A stretch of 64,000 nt of DNA, from the NCBI RefSeq assembly GCF_009914755.1, contig NC_060928.1; one strand, 5' to 3'. Position 1 is the first letter of the stretch. Every line of letters starts with the position of its first letter. Of this stretch, positions 45,567-62,841 are shown one piece after another. The position numbers and the translations under genes were made by a program. Below the pieces are notes generated by a model. The model saw nothing but the letters and a program-made list of their open reading frames with translations, had not been told where the DNA came from and searched no databases. Origin of the DNA: the human T2T-CHM13v2.0 reference genome, Homo sapiens.

Positions 45567-46088
45567 TTACTATTTGAGACTGTCACTACAACAGTTACTA
45601 CTGTTACTACTTGAGACTGTCATTACAAGACTTACTACTGTCACTACTTGAGACTGTCATTACGAGACTGAACGAAAACGGACGCATGCAGAAATGAAAA
45701 CTTAAAACAAAAGAAACTGTTTTAAAGGAAGGGACCAGGGGAAAAAGAAGAGGGCTCCTTGCTTCTAGTGAGCAAAGGCAGCAGCCCCTGAGCTTCTGCA
45801 GCCCTTCGTATTTATCGGGTAGAAAGAGCAGGGAGAAGGAGGTAACAATTGGTCAGCTGCTTGATTGATCACAGGTTCACGTTATTGCTAACAGGCTTCA
45901 CATGTGCCTAACCACAAGAAACACCTGTGCCTGGGTTGTGACTCCCCTCAGCATTCCTTCTGGGCGGCAGATGCAGTTTGTCAGTTTGCCAACATCCTGC
46001 TTTCATGAGAAACAGTTTGCTGTTTACTCATATAGCCTTCAGTTGTATGCTGAGTTGATCATGACCCTCATTCTTTTGGCCTTCAACA
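45567..46088 (-). mobile_element. ERV1 solo LTR (LTR15-like) with three 37-bp tandem units
   Basis: Minus strand starts TGTTGAAGGCC...GAGGGTCATGATCAACTCAG; family from memory. Confidence 0.6.
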
Positions 46089-47121
46089 TATGCCCTGCCA
46101 AAAGGATTCAAATATTGTTAAAACTCTTTGAGAGAAAAACAAAACACAGCTTGCTAGCCTGTTTAGTTCCTCTCTCATAACCTCTATCACCCTCAATCCA
46201 TCCAAATAAACTCTCATTCTAAGTAAACGCAGTGTGATTACCAAGCAAATGCAGCCTTCTGAGTTCTTCAGTCCCTTTCGGCCAGATTACTGATCCTAAA
46301 CTCTTCCTATTTATAAATTCCAAAAGGTCTACTGAACAGAAATCATCTTTATCCAAACTCTTGCCACTTTTAAATGTGATCCACTGCCCAGCAGCATCAG
46401 CATCACCAGAGAGCCAGTTAAAAATGCAAATTTCCAGGTCTCTCTCTCCTGCCTCCTTCTTGGGCTCACCCAGCTAATCCAGGATAACCTCCCCATTTGA
46501 AAACCCATAACTTAATCACTGCTGCAAAATAACTTTTGCCATATAAGGCAACATATTCACAGTTTCCAGAGATTGGAATGTGGAAATCTTTAAAAGAGGC
46601 CATTGTTTTGCTTACTATACAACACTATAAGTTATTTACATGACAATTAGTTTAATTCACAATAGCAAATTCCACTTATTTTATTTGTAGAAAACTAAGT
46701 GACAACTTTTCTAGATCATATTTATTGCTTAGACATTAAACAATATAATTTCCTACAGATTTCTATCGATGAGCATGAATCTTCTTTTAATAGATGAGAA
46801 CAAATCCAAGGGCATCAGTGATGTGTCCAAGATAGAGCCATATGCATAATCTAAGTGAAATGAAAATGTCCCTTCCCTGAATTATCTTCTAATTTGTTGT
46901 ATTTTTGATAAGCTGAAAATGGATAATTTTTTATTCCTCTAAATACATTGTAAAGCCTTAATAATAATAATATAGCTTCCTGGACATAACAAATGATATA
47001 ATCAGAGTCAAAGGAAAAGCTCTTTTCAATATCCAAGGAAGCTAGAGATGGACTGGATAATCTAATGGACTTAAAAATCTATAATTCCCATAAAACATAT
47101 GCGAGGGAAATTTGCACTACA

Positions 47122-47416
47122 TTTTTTTTTTTTGAGACGAAGTCTCACTCTGTAGCCGAGGCTGGAGTGCAGTGGCGCGATCTCGGCTCACTGCAAGCTC
47201 CGCCTCCCGGGTTCACGCCATTCTCCTGCCTCAGCATCCTGAGTAGCTGGGACTACAGGCACCTGCCACTACGCCCGGCTAATTTTTTTCGTATTTTTAG
47301 TAGAGATGGGGTTTCACCATGTTAGCCAGGATGGTCTCAATCTCCTGACCTTGTGATCCACTCGCCTCAGCCTCCCAAAGTGCTAGGATTACAGGCGTGA
47401 GCCACCGCGCCAGGCC
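47122..47416 (-). mobile_element. AluY
   Basis: Diagnostic gcaagctccgcctcccgggttcacgccattct; TSD tgcacta(c/t)attt. Confidence 0.93.
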
Positions 47417-47740
47417 TGCACTATATTTGACATATTCAGTTGTCAATACATAAAATCTTTTCAACATATTAACTGATAAGTGGTTTCCCGTTTGAATCTT
47501 GAAAAAAAACAAAACAAATGTCTTTGTTAAAATGTAGTTGAAAGTCAAAATTCCCTTAAATAAAAAAATTAGCTAAGTATGGCCAAACAATAAAAAGAAA
47601 ACATAACACCTTTTTACTTTTTACTTTTTCTGATAATAAAAGCTATTCACATGCCTTATAGAAGATTTGGAAAGTTCATAAAGAAAAAATAGCAAAATGA
47701 AATAAAAACCTTTTCCCAAAATCCTATCACTCAGAGATAA

Positions 47741-48464
<724 letters not shown>

Positions 48465-48841
48465 TCCACCCATTAATTCTTTCACCAGATGTGCTAAGTA
48501 GGCCATTCATCCTTTGATTCACAAGGTACACTACCAGTCTCAGTGGGTGCTACAAAGGTGAAGAAGACATAGACTTTATACTCTAGTAGAAATGTACTAG
48601 AATTCCTTTGGACACACTTTTACAAAGACCAACTCAAATGTATTGGCTCACTAGAATCGCATGGGGTCAGGAAAGGGCATTTCTCCAAGAAATAGAAGGC
48701 TGCTGGTCAGACAAAGCAACTGATGTTCAATAAAGAGAATGCACACTCAAATAGTTTGTTGAGAACTAGGTTATTTTTAGACAGATCATCCAGATTAATA
48801 TGCTGATTCCAACTGATTCTTCTTTTAAGAACAGAAGGTGA

Positions 48842-49140
48842 GGCCAGGTGCGGTGGCTCACTCCTGTAATCCCAGCACTTTGGGAGGCCAAGGTGGGCGA
48901 ATCACCTGAAATCAGGAGTTTGAAACCAGCCGGACCAACATGGTGAAACCCCATCTCTACTAAAAATACAAAAATTAGCCAGGCGTTGTGGTGCATGCCT
49001 GTAGTCCCAGCTACTTGGGAGGCTGAGGCAGGAGAATTACTTTAACCTGGGAGGTGGAGGTTGCAGTGAGCCAAGATCATGCCACTGCACTCCAGCCTGG
49101 GTGACAGAGTGAGACTCTCTCAAAAAAGAAAAAAAAAATA
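48842..49140 (+). mobile_element. AluS
   Basis: Alu consensus. Confidence 0.92.
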
Positions 49141-51239
49141 ATAGAATGTATCACATTACCTGACACATTATCTGAACCTCTTCTTAACCTTCCAAACTTA
49201 TTTTTCCCTGAAATCATGAAACAAATTTTCCTTTGGCATTCAAAAATTTCTTATAAACACAAGGTTGTAAAGTACATATATTTTAGGATGGTATGTAGAT
49301 GTAAGTGGAGATGGGTCATACACCTTTGGATTAACTCGAAAATAAAAAGACAAAAGCAAGAGTGTTTAAATTAGAATATAAAAGTGAAAGTAGAAAAGAA
49401 CAGTGGAAATTCAACAAAAGTGGAAGGAAAGCAAAGTAATCAAGCAGCAGTTTCAGAAAAGCAATCTGTCATGCTGAGTTTGGGCAGTTTCATGGGAAGC
49501 CTTTGCCAACCCAACAAGAAAGGAGGAAACTAACATTTGAATAGCTATCATGTCCAAAATGTTTCATCAGATGCTTTCATTCAGACCACTTAACACAGAA
49601 TAATTGTTATTTCCAATCTGAAGATACAGAACCCCCAAATCAGAAAGAATATTTAGCTCACTCCAAGTTCATTTGAGCTGAACTTTATCTGAAGCCAAAG
49701 TCCATTCTCTTTCCATTACCAAGCTGCCTTGCAGTAAATAACAGGCTATTTCAACAAAGGTCTATTTCATCGCTGAAGGGAAAAATTACCAAATGGCCAC
49801 TGAAAGAACTCAAGGATTTAAATGAAGAACTTATCAACCAGGAGTTCTGGTATGAAACTGTACTATAAAAATGAATTCATGTTGCTAAAGAACTTAAGTG
49901 GTTAGTACCCTGTAATCCCCTTGCCGATTTTGAAAATTAATCATTTCTGTCCACTTTCCTCCTTCTTCACAATTTCTCTCTCCAGACCATGTGGAGCTCA
50001 TCTCATCTCAGTTTTTGCATATGTTACTCTTTCTGCTTGAAACACTTTTCCTCTCCAGATGGCATCAAGGGTGCTCCTGCTCAACACCAAAGATTTACTT
50101 TACTTTAATGTCACCGCTACAAAGTCACCTGTTCCTGCAACTACCCCTATTAAGATAGCATTCCTATTCTCAGAGAGCACTTAACACTGTATGAAATTGT
50201 TCTATTTGTTTAGGGTTTTTTGTCTTTTCCAAAAAGAATATAAATTCCTTGAAAGGATCTTGTCTACCCTGTTTCTCCAGCACTTAAATTATTCTTGGAC
50301 AGAGTAGGCCCTCTTCAAGTATTTATTGAGTACATGGATTGCAAGTGGTACAAAGTGAGACTAAAATGTATCACTGGTAGAAAAAACTTGTGAGAAGCTA
50401 CCAAAGAAGCCAGAGAAAGACTGCGTAGGAGTTACAGTGCCTACCACCTCTAAAGCAAAAGGAAACAAAATAATAATATGCAAACACTTAAATAGTGCTT
50501 ATTCCATGCCAGGCACTGTTCTAAACATTTTATGTATATATTAACTCATTTTTATTCCTCAGAATAAATAGGTTTCTCACTTCCCCTGCTTTGTTTTTGT
50601 TTTTGTTTTTTTTTTGCCGGTGAGTAATGTGAAGCACACAGGTTAACTTGCCCAGGGTTATAGTAGTTAATGATAGCCTTAAAATTTGAACCCTGGCAGT
50701 GAACACTTTTTAAAACTACTATTTGATACTGCCTCTCCAAAAAAGCTGAGTGGTTGGCAGCATGGCCCCGCTAAGGCTTCTCTGTGACCGTAAAAAAAAG
50801 TCTATCGACTTAAAATAACTGGAGAGGGGATAAGAAATAAACGGTGCATTTACTTTCAGTCCACAGTAGTAGTAACATCGTTAGTTACTACGTGCGAACA
50901 TTCTCCATTCTCATCAACTTCTCAGATCCCACAAGATTTCACCTTTGGCCACAAAAACATCCCATTTCACCAATTTATCTTTCTCCCCCAACCCTTATGC
51001 CGCCTCATTCCAGTGTTTGTTCATTTAATCTGCTCCAAATCCTGCATCTGCGGCTTTCCAGGGACCAATGTCAACTCATCTGTGAAATTGCAGAAGTACA
51101 TGTCTAGTCTCCACCCCGTGAGAGGACTGAGCAAAGGGTGAAGTGTGCGAGCGGTCTACTGATAATAATTTCTATCACTCTCATGGTTATTTTAAGTATC
51201 CTTTTCTCCTCTGCACTTTATGAGAAAAGAAACGGAACT

Positions 51240-51730
51240 TCACGTTCAGAAACGGCCTCCCAAAGCCGCAATGGCTTCTCGCAGCTCGCTGGCCTTCCCC
51301 AATCACGCTTTGAGTCTGCGCAGTAGCTGCAGCCCAAGCCATTTCCCATTTTTCCGCCGCCGCGCCTTGATGACGTAATTTTCCTGCGCCTCGGGGCGAG
51401 CAGCGGCGCGCAAGGAAAGATCGGGTTCCGTTTTTCCCGCGGATTCTGGTGCCTGTGGGGCCGGTGACCCAACACCATGAAGGAAACGCCACTCTCAAAC
51501 TGCGAACGCCGCTTCCTACTCCGTGCCATCGAAGAGAAGAAGGTATGGTTTGGTGCCCGCAGAATTGCGCGCTGCGTGGGCGCTCGGGTCTCAAGGTGTG
51601 GACTGATACCTGGCCCGCCTGGGCCCGGGGAGCTACTAGGGGAACGACCGGCACGTTCACCCCATCCCTCAGGCTTTATTTATTTTTTTTCGACAGGTTC
51701 TTTTCAAGGCTCCAGTCACCGCAGCAGTTG
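51240..51730 (+). promoter_or_regulatory. EXOSC9: EXOSC9 CpG-island promoter
   Basis: CpG-rich; CCAAT 51299-51303, CRE/ATF-like TGACGTAA 51371-51378, E2F-like TTTCCCGC 51433-51440. Confidence 0.8.
51477..51542 (+). CDS. EXOSC9: Exosome component 9 (RRP45) exon 1
   Basis: ACCATGA start; MKETPLSNCERRFLLRAIEEKK; donor AAG|gtatgg. Confidence 0.97.
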
Positions 51731-51878
51731 TCCATGCTGTAGTTTCCACTTTCCTGTATGGGCGGGCTGGTTAGGATTCCACTTTCCCCCAAGTGCTTAG
51801 CCCAGGGCCAGACAAAAAGTAGTTGCTTAAGAAATACTTGTTGAAGGAATAAATTAATGAATGAATTTGTGCTTACAG

Positions 51879-51973
51879 CGGCTGGATGGCAGACAAACCT
51901 ATGATTATAGGAACATCAGGATCTCATTTGGAACAGATTACGGATGCTGCATTGTGGAACTTGGAAAAACAAG
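51879..51973 (+). CDS. EXOSC9: EXOSC9 exon 2
   Basis: tacag|; RLDGRQTYDYRNIRISFG (RNase PH RxDGR motif); AG|gtaaca. Confidence 0.97.
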
Positions 51974-52725
51974 GTAACAGGATTTAAATGAGATACACAT
52001 TCGGAAGGGAGAAGTTTGAAAAAAGACCTTATTGACTTGGTTGTTTATAAAGCAGCTAAGAAGTCTGGACAGTATTCTTTGTTTAGCTGACAAAAATAAG
52101 TATTTTTTTATGCGAGATTTTTTGCTTTTGTGGTCACACTTGAACTTTTTAATCATAAACGTATTTTCTGTCACGTATCACATAGTTCTTTTCTGACTTC
52201 TATAAATCGTATAGACAACTAGTAGTGATCATATGGAATTTGTTTCTCACACTAATATAGAGATCTTGAGCATCTTGTCATTAAGTGTACATCCTGCTTT
52301 CTTTTTCCTGAGTGACATGAAAATTAGGTTTTCAGATATTCATTTGAAAGTTGTGAGGCTATTTGGTCACATAATGGTGGTGAACTATGCCATGTGAAAA
52401 CCTTTAAGAAATCTCAGGTTTTCATGCCATCTTGTATCAATAAATACTTGCTTTAGAGGTAAAGGTCACTGATTTTTAAAACAATCTGTGGAATAGTAAA
52501 CATTGTAATAAGAAGAGAGGTGTTTTTTCTGTCGTGTTTTTAGTTGTACCAATTTATGTTTTATTTCTGTGTATATTATACTTTACATATAATTTTTATC
52601 TCCTATGATTTATTTGGCTGAGTATGATATTACTCACATTAAGATTGAAACTTGTTATCTGTTTCAGTTTTTTGTTTTGGAAGGAGAGTCTATTTGGTTA
52701 ATACTTTGTAACTTTATCTTTGCAG

Positions 52726-52845
52726 AGTTCTTGGACAGGTTTCCTGTGAACTTGTGTCTCCAAAACTCAATCGGGCAACAGAAGGTATTCTTTTTTTTAA
52801 CCTTGAACTCTCTCAGATGGCCGCTCCAGCTTTCGAACCTGGCAG
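52726..52845 (+). CDS. EXOSC9: EXOSC9 exon 3
   Basis: tttgcag|; VLGQVSCELVSPKLNRATEG...FEPG; AG|gtattt. Confidence 0.97.
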
Positions 52846-52966
52846 GTATTTAAATCTTTTTCTTAAGTTGCTTTAGTCATAGGAGAACCTAACAGCAGTG
52901 AGCTTTTGTTTTAATACCTGGTGTTATATTTCATGACATTAGCCCATTCCTATTTTCTCCTTATAG

Positions 52967-53069
52967 GCAGTCAGATCTCTTGGTGAAGTTGAATCGACTC
53001 ATGGAAAGATGTCTAAGAAATTCGAAGTGTATAGACACTGAGTCTCTCTGTGTTGTTGCTGGTGAAAAG
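52967..53069 (+). CDS. EXOSC9: EXOSC9 exon 4
   Basis: ttatag|; QSDLLVKLNRLMERCLRNSKCIDTESLCVVAGEK; AAG|gtgggg. Confidence 0.96.
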
Positions 53070-53579
53070 GTGGGGAATATGCCCATAATTCTTAATCTTA
53101 GGATGAATACTGTTGATCATGGATCCCGGTATCTATCCTTTTATTCTCAGAACTTTAGTTAACTCAGTATTGTACTGGTTTGCTTCACTTCAGATGTTCT
53201 TGAGTGATACCCTTAGAACTTTGTGCTACCTCTCTCTCTCTGAAGGGACAAAAAGGGTGTCCCTTCAGAGGACACCCTTTTTCTTAAAGGTTTCTAAAAG
53301 GTTTTCACCCTTTATCTTAAAAGGGTGAAAATAGCAACTTAGATTTTTGTGTAAAAATATTTTATTCAAAGAACTTGTGGCTTTTTCATATAATCTCTCA
53401 TTTTCTACATGAGTTCATAGAAGCAGGTAGTTTTCCTTTTTCATGCAGAACTCAAGAACAGATGAAATCCTTCATTTGGATAGGTTTATCGATTTACACA
53501 GGGCCACACCATGTCAGTGGCAGGGATAACTTTGAAAATCTTAGTCCCAATAAATTGTGCTGCATTAGGATATTAGAAT

Positions 53580-54365
<786 letters not shown>

Positions 54366-54673
54366 TAGAGTTTGTGGTTTTTAACAGACATGATAAAAAT
54401 GTAATTAGATTTGAGGTTAGGAAAATCGTAGTATTAAATGTTAGAGTGGTTCTGTTTATTTAAAGTATGTGTTCTGTTGTTAAACGACCCACATAGTATT
54501 TCAGATGTTTGGCTTAAATTTTCTAAAATATATTTTTTGTTGACAAAGTACAAGGAGTAACTGCGTGTTTTAACAGCAAGAAAAAATAATTTGTACACAA
54601 TGTTACTTTTCCTGATAAATAGCCACTGGTTGTAATCAGTTAGGATTTATTTTTATTTTAAATTCACTATCAG

Positions 54674-54811
54674 GTTTGGCAAATACGTGTAGACCTACAT
54701 TTATTAAATCATGATGGAAATATTATTGATGCTGCCAGCATTGCTGCAATCGTGGCCTTATGTCATTTCCGAAGACCTGATGTCTCTGTCCAAGGAGATG
54801 AAGTAACACTG
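54674..54811 (+). CDS. EXOSC9: EXOSC9 exon 5
   Basis: atcag|; VWQIRVDLHLLNHDGNIIDAASIAA...EVTL; CTG|gtaagc. Confidence 0.97.
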
Positions 54812-55846
54812 GTAAGCTCCTATGTGAACCAGGATCCTTGATATGAATGAATGAGGAGGGTCTTAAATGTGCAGGCAACTTGTTTTTAGTGAAGTTATGT
54901 TGTAGATGGCAATTGGGTCGTTTCTAAAAATTTGTTTGTAAGACTGAAACTGCATATGGTCAAAATTGCCCTGGAAATCTCTTAACCGTTCCTCTGTTGA
55001 AACATTTGTCAGTAAGAACATACCCTAGCCTGGTTTTCCAGAATAGAATTAGATGACTATTTTGGATTGAACATTAGATGAAGTGGTTGACTTATGTTTA
55101 GGGGCCATATGTGTGAAAAATACATGAATCTCAGCACAGTGAGATGCTTACCCTGCAAGAGGCATGCAATAGCTGAAAAGCACTGAGGAATCAGCAGGTT
55201 CATATTTGTCTCCAGGACTTTTGTTCATTAGGCAAAGAGATGACGAAAGTCCATCAGAAATACCTGGAGGGCTTGTTAAAACGTATAGCCAGACTACTCC
55301 CAAAGTAAAACAGGGCTAGGACTTAAGATTTTGTACTTCTAACTTTGAGTTCTTAGGTAATACTGATGTTGCTGGTCCAGGGAGCACATTTTGAAAACCA
55401 TTGACCTACGTTGTCTTTATCTTTTGTTCTGAGTATGTCAGTTTTGATTTATATAAATTACATGCTAGAATAGTGAAAGTGCACTGTAGTTGTAGTTTGA
55501 ATCCTGAAGTTGCAAAAGGACACATCAGATGCCCAGATTTTCTAAGCAATGATTCATAATTTTGATTTTGGGCAGTAGACTGAAGCAGAACCATTAAAAA
55601 GTGAGAAATAGGGACAAAGGTTTATTAACAGTAGAGGTAATATTCTTTTAGAGGAGGGAGTTTATATAAGGAAGTGAAAAAAAGTAGAAAGCGATTACTA
55701 CACTTGAAAAATCAATTAAAGAATACTGTGGTGTTATTGCTAGTGGGAATGTAAAATGGTACAGCCATGTTGGAAAAGTTTGGTAGCTTAAGTTTTAAGT
55801 GTAGACAGCATTCTATATTCAGAAAAATAACAGTAGAAGAAAATAT

Positions 55847-56501
<655 letters not shown>

Positions 56502-57062
56502 TAATGTTAAAACAAACTGCAATGGCTTAAAATTAGAAAAAAAAAAAAAAATTCTAGCAATTCCATGCCTAAGAATCTACGGGAGGAATAAGAGCTTACT
56601 ACGTTCAGAGACTTCAATGCAAGTGTTCATAGCATCATTTGTTAGCCAGAAACTGGAAACAATCCAAATGTCCAGCTGGTGAATAGATAAAATGTCATAT
56701 ATACAAATAATGGAATGCTGTTCAGTAATGAAAAGAACTGAACTACTGATAAATGCTGCAAGGTGCATGAAACATGCTAAGTTGAAAGAAGCCAGGCACA
56801 AAACATTACAACTTTTTTTTTTTCCATTTATATAGAATGCTCAGAAAGTCAGATTTATAGAGACAGAAATAAGATAGATCAGTGATTCCTTGGGGCTAGG
56901 GTGGGAGTACACCAGACTCCTACGGACTACAGACAGATTCAAAGGAATTTTGGGGAGTAATGGAAATGTTAAAAAACTAGATTGTGGTGATGGGTCCGTA
57001 AATGTATCCATAACTATACATTTACTAAAAATTGAATCATATACTTAAAATGAGTGGATTTT

Positions 57063-57445
<383 letters not shown>

Positions 57446-57591
57446 TCAAACTGGTAATTAATTAAAAGAAGTTATTTAGGTACTCAAAAGAATAAAGGAA
57501 CTTCATTTTTTAGTATTTGATGTGCAAGATGATTTTTTTGGATGTTCATAACTTAGTGACTATAATTATTAAACATTTTCTTTTGAAACAG

Positions 57592-57674
57592 TATACACCT
57601 GAAGAGCGTGATCCTGTACCATTAAGTATCCACCACATGCCCATTTGTGTCAGTTTTGCCTTTTTCCAGCAAGG
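57592..57674 (+). CDS. EXOSC9: EXOSC9 exon 6
   Basis: aacag|; YTPEERDPVPLSIHHMPICVSFAFFQQ; GG|gtaagc. Confidence 0.97.
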
Positions 57675-58414
57675 GTAAGCCTCGCCTTATTATGGGCCAA
57701 AATTACAAATGCAGCTAGGAATTTTATTGCTCTACTCAAGTATGTCATGTTAATATTAAACAAACACTTCCCTTAATAGTAAAGCACCTTGTATTTCCTT
57801 TCTTTCTTTGTAAGGGCATTAGTTGGCAAAGAACTTTCTCAGTAGAAGTAACAAAACTCTTATACTTTGATGAAGATACTTCCCAACATTTTTCTTTTCA
57901 TGGGATACTTATAAACTTAGGAATTTACTATGGCATGGTAGTGTTTTATGTTTCCTAAGGCTGTACAGTGGTTAAGAGAATTATATGCTAGGCTCTAATT
58001 TGGGACAGTGGGGTGAGAATTACTGTGGGTTATTGGAAGATAGGGGACTTTGGAACATATTAGATGGAGTAGTTCTAGGAGTCGGTTACAAGGGGGGATG
58101 GTTCACAGACTGGAGGAAAAAAATCTAATGTTCTTAAGTTTTCCAGCGTTTTCATTACTTAACTGCTAAATCCTCCTGTGGCAGAAAACTTGGAGTTTTT
58201 CAGGTCCATTTAATGGTGCTTTCAAATGAAAACTTGAGCCTTAAATTCCTTTAGAAACAAGGGAAGATAAAAATATTTCACACAGTGTTGTGCACAAGGA
58301 CTAGAGAAACACTTACAAGTTTTAGTGATTGTAAGTGTAGAGTTTTATCAGAGGAAAATGGGCCAGCATTGTCCAGTAGAAATAAAATGTGAACCATATA
58401 TATAATTTTCTTAT

Positions 58415-59405
<991 letters not shown>

Positions 59406-60018
59406 TAATTAATATATTTTCACGTTAATGAAATAAAATGATTAATGAAATAATCAGTATTTTAATAATTACTCATGAGATAGTCTACATTCTTTTGTTT
59501 CCACTAAGTCTCTGAAATCCAATATTTTACATACTCTGATTACATTTCAAGGGCTCAGTAACCACAGGTGACTATTGGCAAATGTACCGGACAGTGCAGA
59601 AATAGACAGTATTTTTTTCATGAGCCATTAGCAGAACGCAGTAGAACTTTGGAGTACAGGACATTAGGGCAACTTTAGGGTTAACCAATTTAACATTATC
59701 TAAGTTTTTATTAATGAGCCAGAAGTCATTTAATCAAAGAGATAGCATTAGGTTTAGATTATATATCATTTAAGTAAATCCAATCTGAACTTAATGTGAT
59801 TTCATTGTAATAACTAGAGATACCCACTTAGCATTCATTTGTGTTCATAAACACAATAATTTTCTTGTCTCTTTCCCCATTTCAGTGACCCAAATCCGTA
59901 GGCTCAGACCTTTATTCTCTGTTGACTTTATTGATGCCATCTTTTAAAAATTCATTACCCAAGAAATGGTAAGCATTCGGTCTCAGATTTGTTCAGGTCC
60001 ATTTAACATTCATTTCAG

Positions 60019-60151
60019 AACATATTTATTGGTGGATCCCAATGAACGAGAAGAACGTGTGATGGATGGCTTGCTGGTGATTGCCATGAACAAACATCGA
60101 GAGATTTGTACTATCCAGTCCAGTGGTGGGATAATGCTACTAAAAGATCAA
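60019..60151 (+). CDS. EXOSC9: EXOSC9 exon 7
   Basis: tttcag|; TYLLVDPNEREERVMDG...LKDQ; CAA|gttagt. Confidence 0.97.
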
Positions 60152-60433
60152 GTTAGTGCTTTGATTAATGTCCCATTAATAATAGGTTGCTTCTCTTTAG
60201 ATGCTTTTTCTTGTCTTTTAACAAAAATCCAATGGGGATACTTCCAGTGATTTATTCTAGGATGTGTTAGAATCTGGTTTCAGTACTGTCACTATTAAAT
60301 ACATTCTGTTGACTGGTGGCTATGAGGTATCCTCCTCCTTCCTACCTTGGTGCTCCCGTGTCTGGCCTGCTGGAGTCTGACCCTTCCACCTAGAAGCAGG
60401 GTCTAGTGAAGAAAAAGATTTATATCCCTATTA

Positions 60434-60925
<492 letters not shown>

Positions 60926-61634
60926 AAAATTTTTAAACATCCAATAGTAGACATTATGTAAAAAGATAGTTTTACTTGCACTTTTAGAACTACAATTGGC
61001 AGTAGTTCTGAAACCCAGCTATATATCATATTCACATGGGAGCTTTTAGAAAATAGATCTCCATATAGCATACAGTGTAGATGATTAAAAGCTTCTTTAG
61101 TTTGAATTCTAGTTCTGCCCCCATACTAGCTGATCTTGGGCAAATGATTTTATATCTTTGGGTCTCACTTTCTTTATCTGTAAAATAGGGAATGATGTTA
61201 TTGCCAACACCTTGTTGTTATAAGGATATAAATATATTGCACAGTGTCTAGCACACATTTATTAAGTGTGCAATAAATGTTAGTTTCTGGTATCATCATC
61301 ATCATCTTTACCAGCATCACAAGTACTACCCAGATTACCCACAGAAAAAGGAAGTTAGTGCATCCTGGAGCATATATGTGTCTGTGGCCTCTTCTGTGGT
61401 ATCTTTTATACTGTTGTATAAGAAAGTTTTTATGTCTGTTCCCTTGATGTGACAGTCCTTCACATATCTTAAAACAACTTTCACATCTTGCCTTAATCTG
61501 TGTTTACATTGTATTCATGTTTGGAAAAGTCAGGCTTAAATTATAAAGGTAGAAAAATTTCATGGTTTTAGTTTCATTAGAGAAAACTATTTGGTTTATT
61601 GTCTTTAAACAACAGAATTCACTTTTATAAATAG

Positions 61635-61723
61635 GTTCTGAGATGCAGTAAAATCGCTGGTGTGAAAGTAGCAGAAATTACAGAGCTAATATTGAAAGCT
61701 TTGGAGAATGACCAAAAAGTAAG
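61635..61723 (+). CDS. EXOSC9: EXOSC9 exon 8
   Basis: aatag|; VLRCSKIAGVKVAEITELILKALENDQKV; AG|gtaagt. Confidence 0.96.
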
Positions 61724-62027
61724 GTAAGTAACTTTTCCAGAACTAAGTGGTCTTTTATTTTCATTTTTTAAATTTTTATTATTTTTTTTAGTATAAGCAA
61801 GCTTTATTATGCATGAACTTGATTTCACATACAAAGTTAGAATGGCAATTTCAATTAAAATTGACTCATTAAAAAGTGTAAATACCATGGTATAGTTATG
61901 TTACCCAAAACTCCGAAAGGTAGTGAAACTGGTAACAGATATTGCTACTCATCTTTGGACGGATACAATAAAAGTATTAATGAAACTGGTTCCCAGACAA
62001 GTATGTGTCACTTGCTCCTGTGCCTTA

Positions 62028-62240
<213 letters not shown>

Positions 62241-62537
62241 TCAAGTCCAGAATTCTAAAACAATAAAGAGGAAAGACCCTCCTAAGAGCAAGAGGTCTTC
62301 ATTAATCCAGACTCCAAGATACAACACAGGGAACAGGAAATGGCCCTAAATGGTCTTTTAATATATTTTTTTTCTTAAGGATCTTCCTTGAACGAGGGCA
62401 ACCATATAAATTTCACACTTGATCTTTCCTTATTTGTTAATCTGAATTGAGTATACTATTTAATGTGTTTTTAGAAAATTGGACTTGTTATATTTTCTGC
62501 AATTTAAATGTAACCTATATTGAAAAATCATATAAGA

Positions 62538-62841
62538 TTTTTGTTTGTTTTTTGAGATGAAGTCTCACTTCTCACTCTGTCACCTAGGCTATAGTGCATT
62601 TGTGCAATCTCAGCTCACTGCAGCCTCCGCCTCATGGCTTCAAGTGATTCTCCTGCCTCAGCCTCCCAAATAGCTGAGATTACAGATGCATACCACCATG
62701 CCCGGCTAATTTTTATATTTTTAGTAGGGATGGGGTTTCGCCGTTTTGGCCAGGCCGGTCTCAAACTCCTGACCTCAGGTGATCCACCCGCCTGGGCCTC
62801 CCAAAATATTAGGATTACAGGTGTGAGCCACCGTGCCTGGA
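62538..62841 (-). mobile_element. Antisense AluS in intron 8
   Basis: Alu consensus; TSD ataagatttt. Confidence 0.9.

Noticed and set aside
45567-45670. CRISPR-like 37-bp repeats
   Set aside because: Contiguous tandem units with no unique spacers, inside an ERV LTR in eukaryotic DNA
51187-51660. 157-aa antisense ORF over the EXOSC9 promoter
   Set aside because: CpG-island shadow ORF with no supporting features
61719-61724. Alternative donor GTAAGG 5 nt upstream of the exon 8 donor
   Set aside because: Out of frame and weaker than AG|GTAAGT; no evidence of use
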